From NCBI GenBank assembly GCA_963733035.1, contig CAVTBU010000004.1, positions 352,001-416,000 of the forward strand: 64,000 nt of DNA, written 5' to 3'. The stretch comes from Pirellulales bacterium. GTDB taxonomy: Bacteria; Planctomycetota; Planctomycetia; Pirellulales; PALSA-1355. Below the pieces are notes generated by a model. That model saw nothing but the letters and a program-made list of their open reading frames with translations. It was not told where the DNA came from and did not search any database. This document shows positions 10,120 to 21,156 of this stretch, one piece after another; the stretch's first letter is position 1; each line of letters starts with the position of its first letter. Both the position numbers and the translations under genes were made by a program.

Positions 10120-12018
10120 ATGCCTGTACCTACCAAGTCTCCTCGTCCTCAGCGCCGCCTGCCTGTCGGCGCGGAGGTCCAGCCCGATGGCGGTGTCCAT
10201 TTTCGTGTTTGGGCCCCCAAGCGCCGGCACGTTTCGATTGAGTCACAAGTCTCCGCCGGCACGCAGACGGTTTTGCAAGTTCCGCTTGATGACGAGGGGA
10301 ACGGTTATTTTTCCGGATTCTCACCCGATGTCGGGCCGGGAGACCGATACGGTTTTCGCCTGGACGACGAGCGGCCGTTGTTTCCTGATCCGGCTTCCCG
10401 CCGTCAGCCCGATGGACCGCATGGACTGTCGGAAATCGTCGACCCCGCGCTGTTTCAGTGGAGCGACGCCGCCTGGCTCGGCAAGCCGCTCAAGGGTCAG
10501 GTCATTTATGAATTACACATCGGCACCTTCACGCCAGAGGGTACTTGGGCCGCGGCGATCGGCCAGCTACCGGCGCTCGCGGACCTGGGCATCACGATGG
10601 TCGAGGTAATGCCGATCGCTGAATTCGCCGGAGAGTTTGGCTGGGGATACGACGGCGTGAATCTATTTGCACCAACGCGACTGTACGGCACGCCGGATGA
10701 TTTCCGCCGCTTCGTCGACGCAGCCCATCAGCACGGACTCGGCGTCATGCTGGACGTGGTCTACAATCACTTTGGTCCGGTTGGCAATTATTTGGGACAA
10801 TTCTCCGATGACTACCTGAACGCAGAACACCACACCGGCTGGGGCGAAGCGATCAACTTTGACGGAACAAATTCCGGACCCGTCCGAGAGTATTTTGTCG
10901 CGAACGCCGGCTTTTGGATCGACGAGTATCACGTCGACGGCCTGCGGCTCGACGCGGTGCATGCGATTGTTGACGAATCTCCCGAGCACATCCTGACCTC
11001 CATCGGCCGCGGTGTGCGAGAAAAGTCCGGCCATCGGCAAACGCTCGTGATCCTCGAGAACGAGCACGAGGAATCCTATGCCCTGCGTCCCATCGAGCGG
11101 GGTGGTTACGGCATGGACGGCGGCTGGAACGACGATTTTCATCATGTGGCCCGCGTCGCCGCCACCGGACACGCCGAGTATTACTTTGGCGACTATCACG
11201 GCACACCGCAGGAATTCATCTCCCTGGTCAAATGGGGCTATCTCTACCAGGGCCAATGGAATTCGCGGCAACAGCGGTTTCGCGGCTCGCCGGGGCTCGA
11301 CCTGGAAGCGAAGCAGTTTGTGATCTTCCTGCAGAATCACGACCAGGTTGGCAATTCACCTGGCAGTCGTCGCCAACATGAATTGACCTCGCCGGGCCGC
11401 CACCGGGCACTCACCGCGCTGTTGCTGTTGGCACCGGGCACTCCCCTGCTCTTCCAGGGGCAGGAGTTTTCGTCGTCGAGTCCGTTTTACTTTTTTGCCG
11501 ACCACGAGCCGGAGCTCAGCAAGCTGGTGCGCGAGGGACGACAGAAGGAAATGCAGAATTTCCGCCGCCAGATGGGTCACGACGTCTCCAAGAAGTTTGC
11601 CGATCCCGGCGATGTTGGCACGTTTGAGAAGTCGCGGCTCGACTTGTCCGAGCGGGAGCGAAACATCGCCGTGCTCGACTTACACCGCGACTTGCTTAGG
11701 TTGCGGCGCGAAGATAACGTCTTCGCGGCCCAACGAGCCGACCGAATTCATGGTGCGGTGATCTCAGTCGAGGCCTTTTCGCTCCGTTATTTTGGCGAGG
11801 ACGGCGACGATCGCTTGTTTTTAATGAATCTCGGCCGCGACTTGGATTGGTCGCCCGTCACCGAGCCACTGTTGGTGCCTCCCGCGGGTCGGCAATGGCA
11901 GTTGCTGTGGTCGAGCGAAGATCCTCGCTATGGTGGTCTTGGTACGCCCCCGTTGGAAAATGATCGCTGGTTCATTCCCGGCCACTCCGCGCTCGTGCTC
12001 ACGGCGCGGAAGGCGTAG
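10120..12018 (+). CDS. treZ: Malto-oligosyltrehalose trehalohydrolase (GH13)
   Basis: [44 protein letters not shown] and LLFQGQE motifs. ATG at 10120 follows AGGA. Confidence 0.93.
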   Translation: MPVPTKSPRPQRRLPVGAEVQPDGGVHFRVWAPKRRHVSIESQVSAGTQTVLQVPLDDEGNGYFSGFSPDVGPGDRYGFRLDDERPLFPDPASRRQPDGPHGLSEIVDPALFQWSDAAWLGKPLKGQVIYELHIGTFTPEGTWAAAIGQLPALADLGITMVEVMPIAEFAGEFGWGYDGVNLFAPTRLYGTPDDFRRFVDAAHQHGLGVMLDVVYNHFGPVGNYLGQFSDDYLNAEHHTGWGEAINFDGTNSGPVREYFVANAGFWIDEYHVDGLRLDAVHAIVDESPEHILTSIGRGVREKSGHRQTLVILENEHEESYALRPIERGGYGMDGGWNDDFHHVARVAATGHAEYYFGDYHGTPQEFISLVKWGYLYQGQWNSRQQRFRGSPGLDLEAKQFVIFLQNHDQVGNSPGSRRQHELTSPGRHRALTALLLLAPGTPLLFQGQEFSSSSPFYFFADHEPELSKLVREGRQKEMQNFRRQMGHDVSKKFADPGDVGTFEKSRLDLSERERNIAVLDLHRDLLRLRREDNVFAAQRADRIHGAVISVEAFSLRYFGEDGDDRLFLMNLGRDLDWSPVTEPLLVPPAGRQWQLLWSSEDPRYGGLGTPPLENDRWFIPGHSALVLTARKA

Positions 12019-12048
12019 TCATCGCTCAGATTGTAAATTAGGTACGCC

Positions 12049-15000
12049 ATGGCCAAAAGAACCCGCGCCTCTCGTTCCACCGTCCAAGAGGCGACGCTGC
12101 CCGCCGATCCGCAATGGTACAAAGACGCGGTCATCTACCAGTTGCATGTCCGTTCGTTCTTCGACAGCGATGGGGACGGGATCGGCGATTTTCATGGTTT
12201 GGCGCAGAAGCTTGATTACCTTCAGGACCTGGGCGTAACGGCGATTTGGCTGCTGCCGTTCTATCCGTCGCCTCTCAAGGACGACGGTTACGACATTGCC
12301 AGCTACACGGAGGTCCATTCGTCGTACGGCACGATGCGGGACTTCAAGAACTTCATCCGAGAGGCCCATGCGCGCGGTCTGCGAGTGATTACTGAGTTGG
12401 TCATCAACCACACGTCCGACCAACATCCCTGGTTTCAGCGAGCCCGGCACGCGAAGCCCGGCAGCCCGGAACGCAATTTCTATGTTTGGAGCGACACGCC
12501 GGAGAAGTACCAGGACGCGCACATCATCTTTAAGGATTTCGAGGTTTCGAACTGGTCCTGGGACCCGCTGGCCAAGGCTTACTACTGGCATCGCTTCTAT
12601 TCGCACCAGCCGGACCTGAACTTCGAAAACCCACGCGTGCAAAAGGCCCTCTTCGAGGTGCTGGAGTATTGGCTCGACCTGGGAGTCGATGGCTTGCGGC
12701 TCGATGCCGTGCCGTATCTTTACGAACGCGAGGGCACGAACTGCGAGAACCTGCCCGAGACACACGCGTTTCTCAAGGCGCTGCGGCGCGCGTCGATAGG
12801 TCATTTTCCGACCGCATGCTGCTGGCCGAAGCAAACCAGTGGCCCGAAGACGCGATTGCCTATTTTGGCCAGGGCGACGAGTGCCACACGGCGTTTCACT
12901 TCCCGGTGATGCCACGGCTGTTCATGGCGATTCACATGGAAGACCGCTTCCCGGTGGTCGATATCCTGCAGCAGACCCCGGCCATTCCCGACGACTGCCA
13001 ATGGCTCATTTTCCTCCGCAATCATGATGAACTGACGCTGGAAATGGTCACCGACGACGAGCGCGACTACATGTATCGCGTCTATGCCCGCGATCAACAG
13101 GCCCGAATCAATCTGGGAATTCGCCGCCGGCTGGCGCCGCTGCTATCGAACAATCGCCGCAAGATTGAGCTGATGAACGGCCTGTTGTGTTCTCTGCCCG
13201 GCACCCCCGTGATCTATTACGGTGACGAAATCGGCATGGGCGACAATATTTACCTGGGCGACCGCCATGGCGTGCGGACGCCGATGCAGTGGAGCCCCGA
13301 CCGCAACGCCGGCTTTTCCGACGCCAACCCACAGCGGCTGTACTCTCCCGTCATCATCGACTCGGAATACTTGTTCGAGACGGTAAACGTCGAGACGCAG
13401 CAGCAAAACCCACATTCGCTTCTGTGGTGGATGAAACGGGTAATCGCGCTACGACAAAACTATATCGCGTTGCGGCGCGGAACAATCGACATCCTGGCGC
13501 CAGAGAATGGCAAGATTTTGGCATTCACGCGTGACTATGAAGATCAAAGCGTATTGATGGTTGCCAACCTGTCGCGATTCGTGCAATTCGTAGAGTTGGA
13601 TTTGTCTCGCTTCGCTGGCCGCCGCCCAATCGAAATGTTTGGCCAGACTCCGTTCCCCGCCGTCGGAAAGTCTCCCTATGTGTTGACCGTTGGCCCCCAT
13701 GCGTTTTACTGGTTTTCGCTGGAAAAGGAGCCGACCGAGGCCACGCTGACCGCCAAGCCGAGCGAAGCTCCCCGCCTGACGGTAACCCGCGGCTGGCAGG
13801 ATCTGCTGGTGGGGCGAACGAAACGTCACTTCGAATCAATCCTCCGACAGGAGCTTCCGCGCCAACGATGGTTCCGCAACCGCGGCCGCCAGCTCCAATC
13901 AACGCAGATCTACGACTCGATCGCGCTGGGCCGCTCGTCGGACCGCGGCGCACCGGGCCTATTCTTATTGCGGGCCGATTTCAACAACGGTGAACCCGAG
14001 GGCTACATCCTCAGTCTGGCGACGGCTTGGGGCCAGGAACAGATCGAGCACGTTCTGACGACGTCTTCACCCACGCTGGTTGTTCCGCTACAGCGTGAAC
14101 CGACCAAGGAAACAGGGATCCTCTACGATGCCACCGTCGATCGGGCGGCGGCCCGGGCATTGCTCGAATTGATGATCCATCGCCGCAAGTTCAAAGGCGC
14201 GAAGGGGGAACTGACCGGCTGGTCGACGCCGGAGCTGGACGACATCGTGGCCGCCTCGTTCGATATACAAACCGTGCCGTTGCGGCTCGAACCGCGCGAC
14301 GGCGCGATCGTGTTTGGCGACAAAATGTTGCTCAAATTGGCTCGACGCGCCGAGTCAGGAACTCATCCCGACTTGGAAATCGGCCGCTATTTGGCACACT
14401 GCAAATCGAACTGTCCACCGACACTGAAGGTCTTGGGGGCACTTGAATATCGTTCTGGCAACGAGAACACGACGGTCGGCGTACTGCAGGAATATGTCCC
14501 GAACACCACGCCGGCTTCAACGTACGTGCAGGATGCACTCGGTCGGTTTTTTGAACAAGTGATGGTGAGTCCGGCCGAACAGCGCCCGGCGGCACCCTTG
14601 GGATCTCTCTGGGATCTCGCCAGTGGTGAGGCCTCGCCCGAGGCACAGGAGCTGCTGGGAGGGATGCTGGAATGGGCAGCATTGCTGGGGCGTCGGACCG
14701 CGGAGCTGCATGTGTCATTGACCAGTCGTCGCAACACGGAATTTACGCCCGAACCGTTCACGCAGCTTTACCAGCGCTCGCTGTATCAGTCGGCGAGAAA
14801 AATGGCGCTAAGAGCGTTCCAGCACCTGCGCAGCGTGCGGGCGTCGCTTCCCGAAGATGTGCAGATGCTCGCCGACGCAGCCCTCAATCAAGAAGACCTC
14901 GTGCTGGCAAAGTTTCAGGGCATCATTGGGCAAAAGATCCTGGCGCATCGAATCCGTTGTCACGGCGATTTTCACTTGGGACACGTGCTCTACACGGGGA

Positions 15001-15413
15001 AGGACTTCCTGATCGTCGACTTCGACGGCGATCCGGGCGTGGCGCTTTCCACACGACGCGTGAAACGATGTCCCCTGTCGGACGTCGCGGCGATGATCCA
15101 TTCGCTGCAATGCGCGGCATCACTAACCGTGCTGCAGTTACCCAAGACGGGCGTGGTCACCCCGGAGGCGGCGGAGGGGTGGCACGAGGCCGGTCGATTC
15201 TGGAGCCAGTGGGTCAGTTCGGCGTTTTTGCGGGCGTACATCGCCAACCCCGGCGTGGCCGTGCTCGTCCCTTCGGCCGGCAATCCGCTCAGTCGACTGC
15301 TCGAGTTCCATCTACTACAGGAAGCCATGGAGCACCTGTTCAAGGAACTCGACAATGATAACCTCGAGCACATCGCGGTAGCACTGGTTCGGATTGCGGC
15401 CAGTGAACAATGA
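12049..15413 (+). CDS. treS: Trehalose synthase/maltokinase fusion (TreS-Mak), frameshifted at ~12785
   Basis: ORF 12049..12909 has [26 protein letters not shown] and [11 protein letters not shown] 12669..15413 has [21 protein letters not shown] and a kinase-like [14 protein letters not shown]. One missing G joins them as FLKALRARVDRSF (~1121 aa). Confidence 0.9.
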
Positions 15414-15442
15414 CCCCTCTATTCGCCACACCTTCGGAATAA

Positions 15443-17620
15443 CTAGAGCAACGTCTCTTCCTCAATTGCCACCCGTGACCGCAGCACGACAACTGAGCAC
15501 GGCTGCAATGGATACGATTCGACGAGATTCACTTCGCCGTCGAGCTCCTCCTGGGCGGTATCGAAAATCAGTTCCCATGGTCCGTCCAATTCTTCCGGTC
15601 TAGGCAGGACAAACGGAATCGTGGTTTCATGGTCCGCGTTGAACAGCAACAAGATGTTGTCGCCGCGGATCCACTCGCCGTGGTCGTCGACGTCGATCTT
15701 GCCGCCGTAGAGCTGCACGCCGAGGCAGCGGACAAATCCCTTGTTCCAAGAGTCATCCGACATCTCGGCGCCAGTCGGATCGAGCCAGGCAATCTCCGGT
15801 GCCTCGGCGCCCTGGATGGCCTGTCCGTGAAAGAAGCGACGCCGATGAAACACTGGTTGTTCATGAAAGAAGTCGATTACTCGGCGCGTGAATTTGAGTA
15901 GCGACTCCTGCTCGGGTTTCAAATCCCAATCGAGCCAGGAAATTTCGTTATCCTGGCAATAGGCGTTGTTGTTACCGTGCTGAGTGTGCCCGATTTCATC
16001 GCCCGCAAGCAACATGGCAACTCCCTGCGACAGCAACAGCGTGGCGAGGAAGCTGCGCTTCTTCTTTTCGCGTAGGGCGAGGATATCCGGATCGTCCGTC
16101 GGCCCCTCGACGCCGCAGTTCCAGCTCATATTGTCGTCGGCACCGTCGCGATTGTCCTCGCCGTTGGCTTCGTTGTGCTTTTGGTCGTAGGAAACCAGGT
16201 CTTGCAGCGTAAAGCCATCGTGCGCCGTAACGAAATTGATGCTGGCGTGTGGTCGGCGGCTGCTCCACTCATACAGATCGCTCGACCCGCAAAAACGTGT
16301 GGCGAATTCCGACACGACCCCACCGTCTCCCTTCCAGAAACGCCGGATGCAGTCGCGGTATTTGCCGTTCCATTCCGACCACAAAGCCGGAAAGTTGCCG
16401 ACTTGATACCCTCCTGCTCCCAGGTCCCACGGTTCGGCGATGAGCTTGACCTGCGAGATAATTGGATCTTGATGGATGATATCGAAGAATGCACCCAGCT
16501 TGTCAACTTCGTGAAGTTCGCGGGCCAGCGTGCTGGCCAGATCGAAGCGGAACCCGTCGATGTGCATGTGCGTGATCCAATAGCGGAGGCTATCCATGAT
16601 CAATTGCAGCACGCGTGGGTTGCGCATATTGAACGTGTTTCCGCAGCCCGTAAAGTCCATGTAATAGCGCGAATCCTCGGGCGAAAGACGATAGTACGAC
16701 GCATTGTCGATGCCGCGAAACGAAAGCGTGGGCCCCAGGTGATTGCCCTCGGCAGTATGGTTGTAGACCACGTCGAGGATTACCTCGATGCCGGCCGAAT
16801 GCAGGTTGCGAACCATCGTCTTGAACTCGCGGACGACGTCGCCCGCCGCGGGCACCGAAGCATAGCGTCCGGCCGGCGCGAAGAAGCTCAACGTGTTGTA
16901 GCCCCAGTAGTTGACCAGACCGCGTTCGACCAGATGCCGATCATCAAGCGGTTCTTGTACGGGCAGCAGTTCGACGGCTGTGATGCCCAGATTCTTCAAG
17001 TAGCGTATGGCCGCGTCGGAACTGAGCCCCGCGTAAGTGCCGCGGAGCCCTTCCGGTACTTCTGGATGCAGCTTCGTGAAGCCCTTCACATGCAGCTCGT
17101 AGATGAGCATCTTGCTCCAGGGCACGCGCGGCGGACGGTCGTCGCCCCACGTGAAAGCCTCGTCAAGAACGGCGGCCAGCGGCGCAAAGCGGGCATTGTT
17201 TCTGCGGTCGAACGAGAGGTCCGCTTTGGCATCGCCGACCTTGTACCCCCACATTTCGTCGGCCCATTTCGTCTGCCGGGCGATCGCCTTGGCGTATGGG
17301 TCGAGCAACACCTTGTTCTTGTTGAAACGATGGCCCTCGGCGGGACTGTAAGGTCCGTCAACGCGATAGCCATAAACCTGACCGGGCAAGACATCCGGCA
17401 GATAGGCATGCCAGACCATGTCGGCTTGCTCGGTGATCGGAATTCGATGCGACTCTCGCTTGCTCTCCGTGGAATCAAATAGACAGAGCTCCACACCCGT
17501 GGCGTGCTCGGAGTAGATTGCGAAGTTCGTCCCGCTGCCGTCCCAGGAGGCACCCAGTGGATAGGGTCGGCCTGGCCAAACGCGAAACTTTCTGGGCGCT
17601 TTCTTGTTTTCCACAGCCAT
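15443..17620 (-). CDS. glgX: Glycogen debranching isoamylase GlgX/TreX (GH13)
   Basis: PYPLGA, YELHVKGFT, NYWGY, DVVYNHTAEG, DGFRFDLA, IAEPWD, AHDGFTL and GNNNAYCQDN motifs. Confidence 0.95.
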   Translation of the reverse strand: MAVENKKAPRKFRVWPGRPYPLGASWDGSGTNFAIYSEHATGVELCLFDSTESKRESHRIPITEQADMVWHAYLPDVLPGQVYGYRVDGPYSPAEGHRFNKNKVLLDPYAKAIARQTKWADEMWGYKVGDAKADLSFDRRNNARFAPLAAVLDEAFTWGDDRPPRVPWSKMLIYELHVKGFTKLHPEVPEGLRGTYAGLSSDAAIRYLKNLGITAVELLPVQEPLDDRHLVERGLVNYWGYNTLSFFAPAGRYASVPAAGDVVREFKTMVRNLHSAGIEVILDVVYNHTAEGNHLGPTLSFRGIDNASYYRLSPEDSRYYMDFTGCGNTFNMRNPRVLQLIMDSLRYWITHMHIDGFRFDLASTLARELHEVDKLGAFFDIIHQDPIISQVKLIAEPWDLGAGGYQVGNFPALWSEWNGKYRDCIRRFWKGDGGVVSEFATRFCGSSDLYEWSSRRPHASINFVTAHDGFTLQDLVSYDQKHNEANGEDNRDGADDNMSWNCGVEGPTDDPDILALREKKKRSFLATLLLSQGVAMLLAGDEIGHTQHGNNNAYCQDNEISWLDWDLKPEQESLLKFTRRVIDFFHEQPVFHRRRFFHGQAIQGAEAPEIAWLDPTGAEMSDDSWNKGFVRCLGVQLYGGKIDVDDHGEWIRGDNILLLFNADHETTIPFVLPRPEELDGPWELIFDTAQEELDGEVNLVESYPLQPCSVVVLRSRVAIEEETLL

Positions 17621-17643
17621 ATGCTAAAGCAGTTCCATTCGAT

Positions 17644-20583
17644 TTATTTTGATTCGCCAGTGAAAAGCGCGACGGGAAAGCTTGCCAAGACATCCTCCAC
17701 CTCCAGCGACAGACCACCGTCCGCCGACGGCACCGCTTGCACGGTTTGGCCCGTGAATCCGTGAATCAGTTCCGCCGGCGCGTCGGCCGGCAAGGTCAAT
17801 GTTGTCTCCCGCCACCAAGGAGCCAGCGCCCAGCGTGGTTCTTTGGCATCGAGTGCGGCGGATTCCACGCCTAAACTGCGCCAGGCTTCCATCGTAAACC
17901 TGGGTACGACGCACAGGCTCCATTGCCGACCGTCGACGCGCGCGAAGGCGATGACGTTCGCCTTGCGAGGTCCCTCGCATTCGAGGGGAAGATAGTGGCC
18001 ACGATTTAGTTCCGCTCGTTCGCCACGCAGGCGCAGCGTCCGCCAGGTTACAAACAACTTGATCAGTTGGTCGGGCCATTGGCTGAGCAAGTCCGCCGAG
18101 AGGCGTGAGAGATTCTTTTTGGCGCGCGATGCGATGCTGCGGAGCGCCTTCTGGCGTGCGGAAAAATCCACCGGACGCCGATTGTCGGGATCGACCAGGT
18201 TAAAGTCCCAGAACTCGACACCTTGGTAGAAGTCTGGAACGCCCGGAACGCACATTTTCAAGAACAGCTGCGCCAACGAGTTGGTAAACCCGGCGTTGGC
18301 GATCGAATGCGCGAACTCGTCGACGTCTCGGACAAATGGCAGTTTTGTGCTGCCCAGAGTTGCCCGCACGAAACCCGCCACGGCCTGATCGTACTCCTCA
18401 TAGGGATTCGTCCAACTTGTATGCCGTTTGGCCTCGCGCAGCGCCTTGTCGACATAGCGGACAATCCGCTCGACGTAGGCAACTCGTTGCCTTTCATTGA
18501 GCGGATCGATCGGCCAGGTACCGACCAAGGTTTGATAGATCAGGACCTCTTCGTTCGCGTCGGGCACAGGCTCACCGTCTAGTTCGACGCGCATTTCCGC
18601 GTTCATGCCCTGCCAGCGAGAAAGCCGGGCCTCCCATTCGTCAGGCACTTCGGAAAGCACATTCAGCCTGGCCCGCATGTCCTCGCCACGCTTCGTGTCG
18701 TGCGTTCCGGTAGTCAACATCGTATGCGGCCAGGCAGTCTCCTGGTCCTGGATGCAGCGGTGAAAATGTTCAACCGAGGTGCCGGGCGTGGCGGGCTCGC
18801 CGCCTACTTCATTGAGCGAAGCCAGCGGATAATATCGATAAAAGGCCGTGTCTTCGGTTCCCTTGGCCGTCACCGGGCCCGTGACTTGCTGGAATTTCAA
18901 CACGAATTGTCGCCGCACGCCGCGGTCCTCGTCGGAAAGACCATCGGGGTCCTCCAACAACAATACCGAGGCGATGAAATCGAAGAACGAGGCACTCATC
19001 GCCGGATTTCGCCGCTTCGCCACTCTGACGGCCGCCATGATCCGGCGACGATCTTCCTCGCGTACCTCGTCGCAGTTAGGCCGGATGTAGGTGCGGTACA
19101 CGGGAAAACAGGCGACCACCTCGCGCAGTGCGCGGAACAGCGAGAGCCGCGTGAAATCGCGCGACCAACGGTGCTGTTCGGAAATGCGGTCGAGTTGATG
19201 CGAGAGCGTGTAAAGCTCGGCCGAAAGAGATGCCGAGAGGATCGCGCGTTTGCTCTCGTGGAGCACGTCACTCCATGAAGTCCAACTGCCGATGAAACGT
19301 GCATAGGCGTCACGCAAGGCATATCCGCCTCGGCGGTCGACGAACAGGCCATTTAGCAGGTTAAGAAAGTCATAACCGGTCGTACCGTGGGTCAACCACT
19401 CTTGCGGCAATGCCTCGTCATGGGCGAGGATCTTTTCGACCACGGTGTACAACCGAAGATGCGGCTCGCTCACCTCCTGTTCGCCAAGGGCGCGACCGGT
19501 GGCATCGGCCAGATTCTCAAGGTATTGCTGCGGATCGCGCAAACCGTCAGCATGGTCGATTCGTAGCCCGGTCACCCATCCCTCGCCAACCAACCGCAGT
19601 ATCTCGGCGTGCACGGCCTCGAAGACCTCCGGATCTTCGACGCGAATCGCCGCCAGCTCGTCGATATCGAAGAACCGACGGTAGTTAATTTCGTCGGTCG
19701 CCACGCGCCAAAAGCACAACCGGTAAGCCTGGGCGGCCAGGAAGGCATCAAGCAGGTCGAAGCTCGCCAAATCGCCGCGACGCCCATTGAAATCCTTGGT
19801 TGTCCGGTCAATCGCCTCTCTCACCTCTTTGCTCGCCTCGATTAGTCGGGCCAACCGGCCCCCGGCAACTTCCATTTCGCGATGCCGCTCCTGCATCGCC
19901 TCCGATTCCGTTTCATTGCGGTGCGGCAAATGCTCCAAAGCCGTGATGATGCTTTCCATTTCCATCCGCTCGAGAACTTCCGCATCGAGCTGCCTGGCGA
20001 CGTATGTCAGGGCGTGTTGCAACACCGGCACCCAGGTTCCCGGATCGGTCGGCAATCGGCGTTCGTAGTAGCAGACCACAAACTGCTGGTCTTCGTACGC
20101 CAATTGCAGTTGTTGGTCTTCCAACACCTTTCCAAACTGATCGCCCAGCACCGGAAGCAAGACTTTACCTCGGAGCGCCTCTTTCGGCGGGTTCCAATCG
20201 ATGTCAAAATACCTGGCATAGGGCGACGCGGGACCGTTGGCCAGCACATCTTGCCACCAGCCATTGTGCGGATCGTCGATCCCCATGTGATTGGGCACAA
20301 TATCCACGACCAAACCTAACTTATGTGCCCGAAGTGATTCGGCGAGGGCCTGGAATTGCTTCTCGTCCCCCAACGCCGGATCAAATTCGCTGTGGTCGAC
20401 GACGTCGTAGCCGTGGGTGCTGCCGGCACGTGCTCGGAAAAAAGGCGATAGATAAGCCGCGCCAATGCCTAGTTCCGATAGATAGCCGACCAACCCCCGC
20501 GCATCGGCGAACGACAGTTGCCCGCAGAGTTGCAGCCGGTAGGTGGCGCTGGGAATCGAAGGCAACGGCAAACTCACGGGCAC
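17644..20583 (-). CDS. treY: Malto-oligosyltrehalose synthase
   Basis: ATYRLQ, GSTHGYDVVD, DIVPNHM, INYRRFFD, GLRIDHADGL, VEKIL, THDTKRGED, GVPDFYQG and LVDPDNRRPVD motifs. GTG 20577 is an alternative start with a better-spaced GGAG. Confidence 0.95.
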   Translation of the reverse strand: MPVSLPLPSIPSATYRLQLCGQLSFADARGLVGYLSELGIGAAYLSPFFRARAGSTHGYDVVDHSEFDPALGDEKQFQALAESLRAHKLGLVVDIVPNHMGIDDPHNGWWQDVLANGPASPYARYFDIDWNPPKEALRGKVLLPVLGDQFGKVLEDQQLQLAYEDQQFVVCYYERRLPTDPGTWVPVLQHALTYVARQLDAEVLERMEMESIITALEHLPHRNETESEAMQERHREMEVAGGRLARLIEASKEVREAIDRTTKDFNGRRGDLASFDLLDAFLAAQAYRLCFWRVATDEINYRRFFDIDELAAIRVEDPEVFEAVHAEILRLVGEGWVTGLRIDHADGLRDPQQYLENLADATGRALGEQEVSEPHLRLYTVVEKILAHDEALPQEWLTHGTTGYDFLNLLNGLFVDRRGGYALRDAYARFIGSWTSWSDVLHESKRAILSASLSAELYTLSHQLDRISEQHRWSRDFTRLSLFRALREVVACFPVYRTYIRPNCDEVREEDRRRIMAAVRVAKRRNPAMSASFFDFIASVLLLEDPDGLSDEDRGVRRQFVLKFQQVTGPVTAKGTEDTAFYRYYPLASLNEVGGEPATPGTSVEHFHRCIQDQETAWPHTMLTTGTHDTKRGEDMRARLNVLSEVPDEWEARLSRWQGMNAEMRVELDGEPVPDANEEVLIYQTLVGTWPIDPLNERQRVAYVERIVRYVDKALREAKRHTSWTNPYEEYDQAVAGFVRATLGSTKLPFVRDVDEFAHSIANAGFTNSLAQLFLKMCVPGVPDFYQGVEFWDFNLVDPDNRRPVDFSARQKALRSIASRAKKNLSRLSADLLSQWPDQLIKLFVTWRTLRLRGERAELNRGHYLPLECEGPRKANVIAFARVDGRQWSLCVVPRFTMEAWRSLGVESAALDAKEPRWALAPWWRETTLTLPADAPAELIHGFTGQTVQAVPSADGGLSLEVEDVLASFPVALFTGESK

Positions 20584-21156
20584 TCCATACTTTCGGCCGA
20601 CGGCATCATCGACGCTCGAGCGAATGGATCGAACGTCCGCCGAACTGGTCGTTCCTCATACAACGCGACATCCCACCGCGGACCAGCCAGATTACCCCCT
20701 GCGTTTGCGCGGGTTTTGCCCATCGATCCGCCCACGAAGGGCGTTTGAGCGGGCACAAATATCATAGCAGTTGGCTAGCTCACCGGCGGCCTATGCAGAA
20801 GACGCGCCAAGCGATCAATCAGACCGGCGGCGCGCCAATTGCAAATAGGTGACACATTCTATCGCAAACGGCCATCGACGTGCATGTGCCGCACCCAGAA
20901 TTGACCAAATTTCCTGTACAACCTGAGTTAACGTTGATCGAACGAAGAAACTTGGTCGGGGTTGAACGCCGTATCGGCGCATTGATTTCCATGTTTCGGC
21001 CCCGGCGGCCGAAGCGCGGATGCTTTCGATCGCGGCTGTCGTCGCGTGGAAATCGTATGCTGGTTGGCACATGACCGTTCGGCTCGGTTCTTGTGACGGG
21101 CGATGTCCCGCGAACCGCGTCCGCGACAATGCATCCTCAACCGCCGGTGAGAGTTT

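Noticed and set aside
20584..21156. Small genes or CRP/FNR boxes in the treY-debranching enzyme intergenic region (also 2702-3045, 6956-7358, 28203-28602)
   Set aside because: The short ORFs lack coding character, and no convincing palindromic consensus was found by eye.
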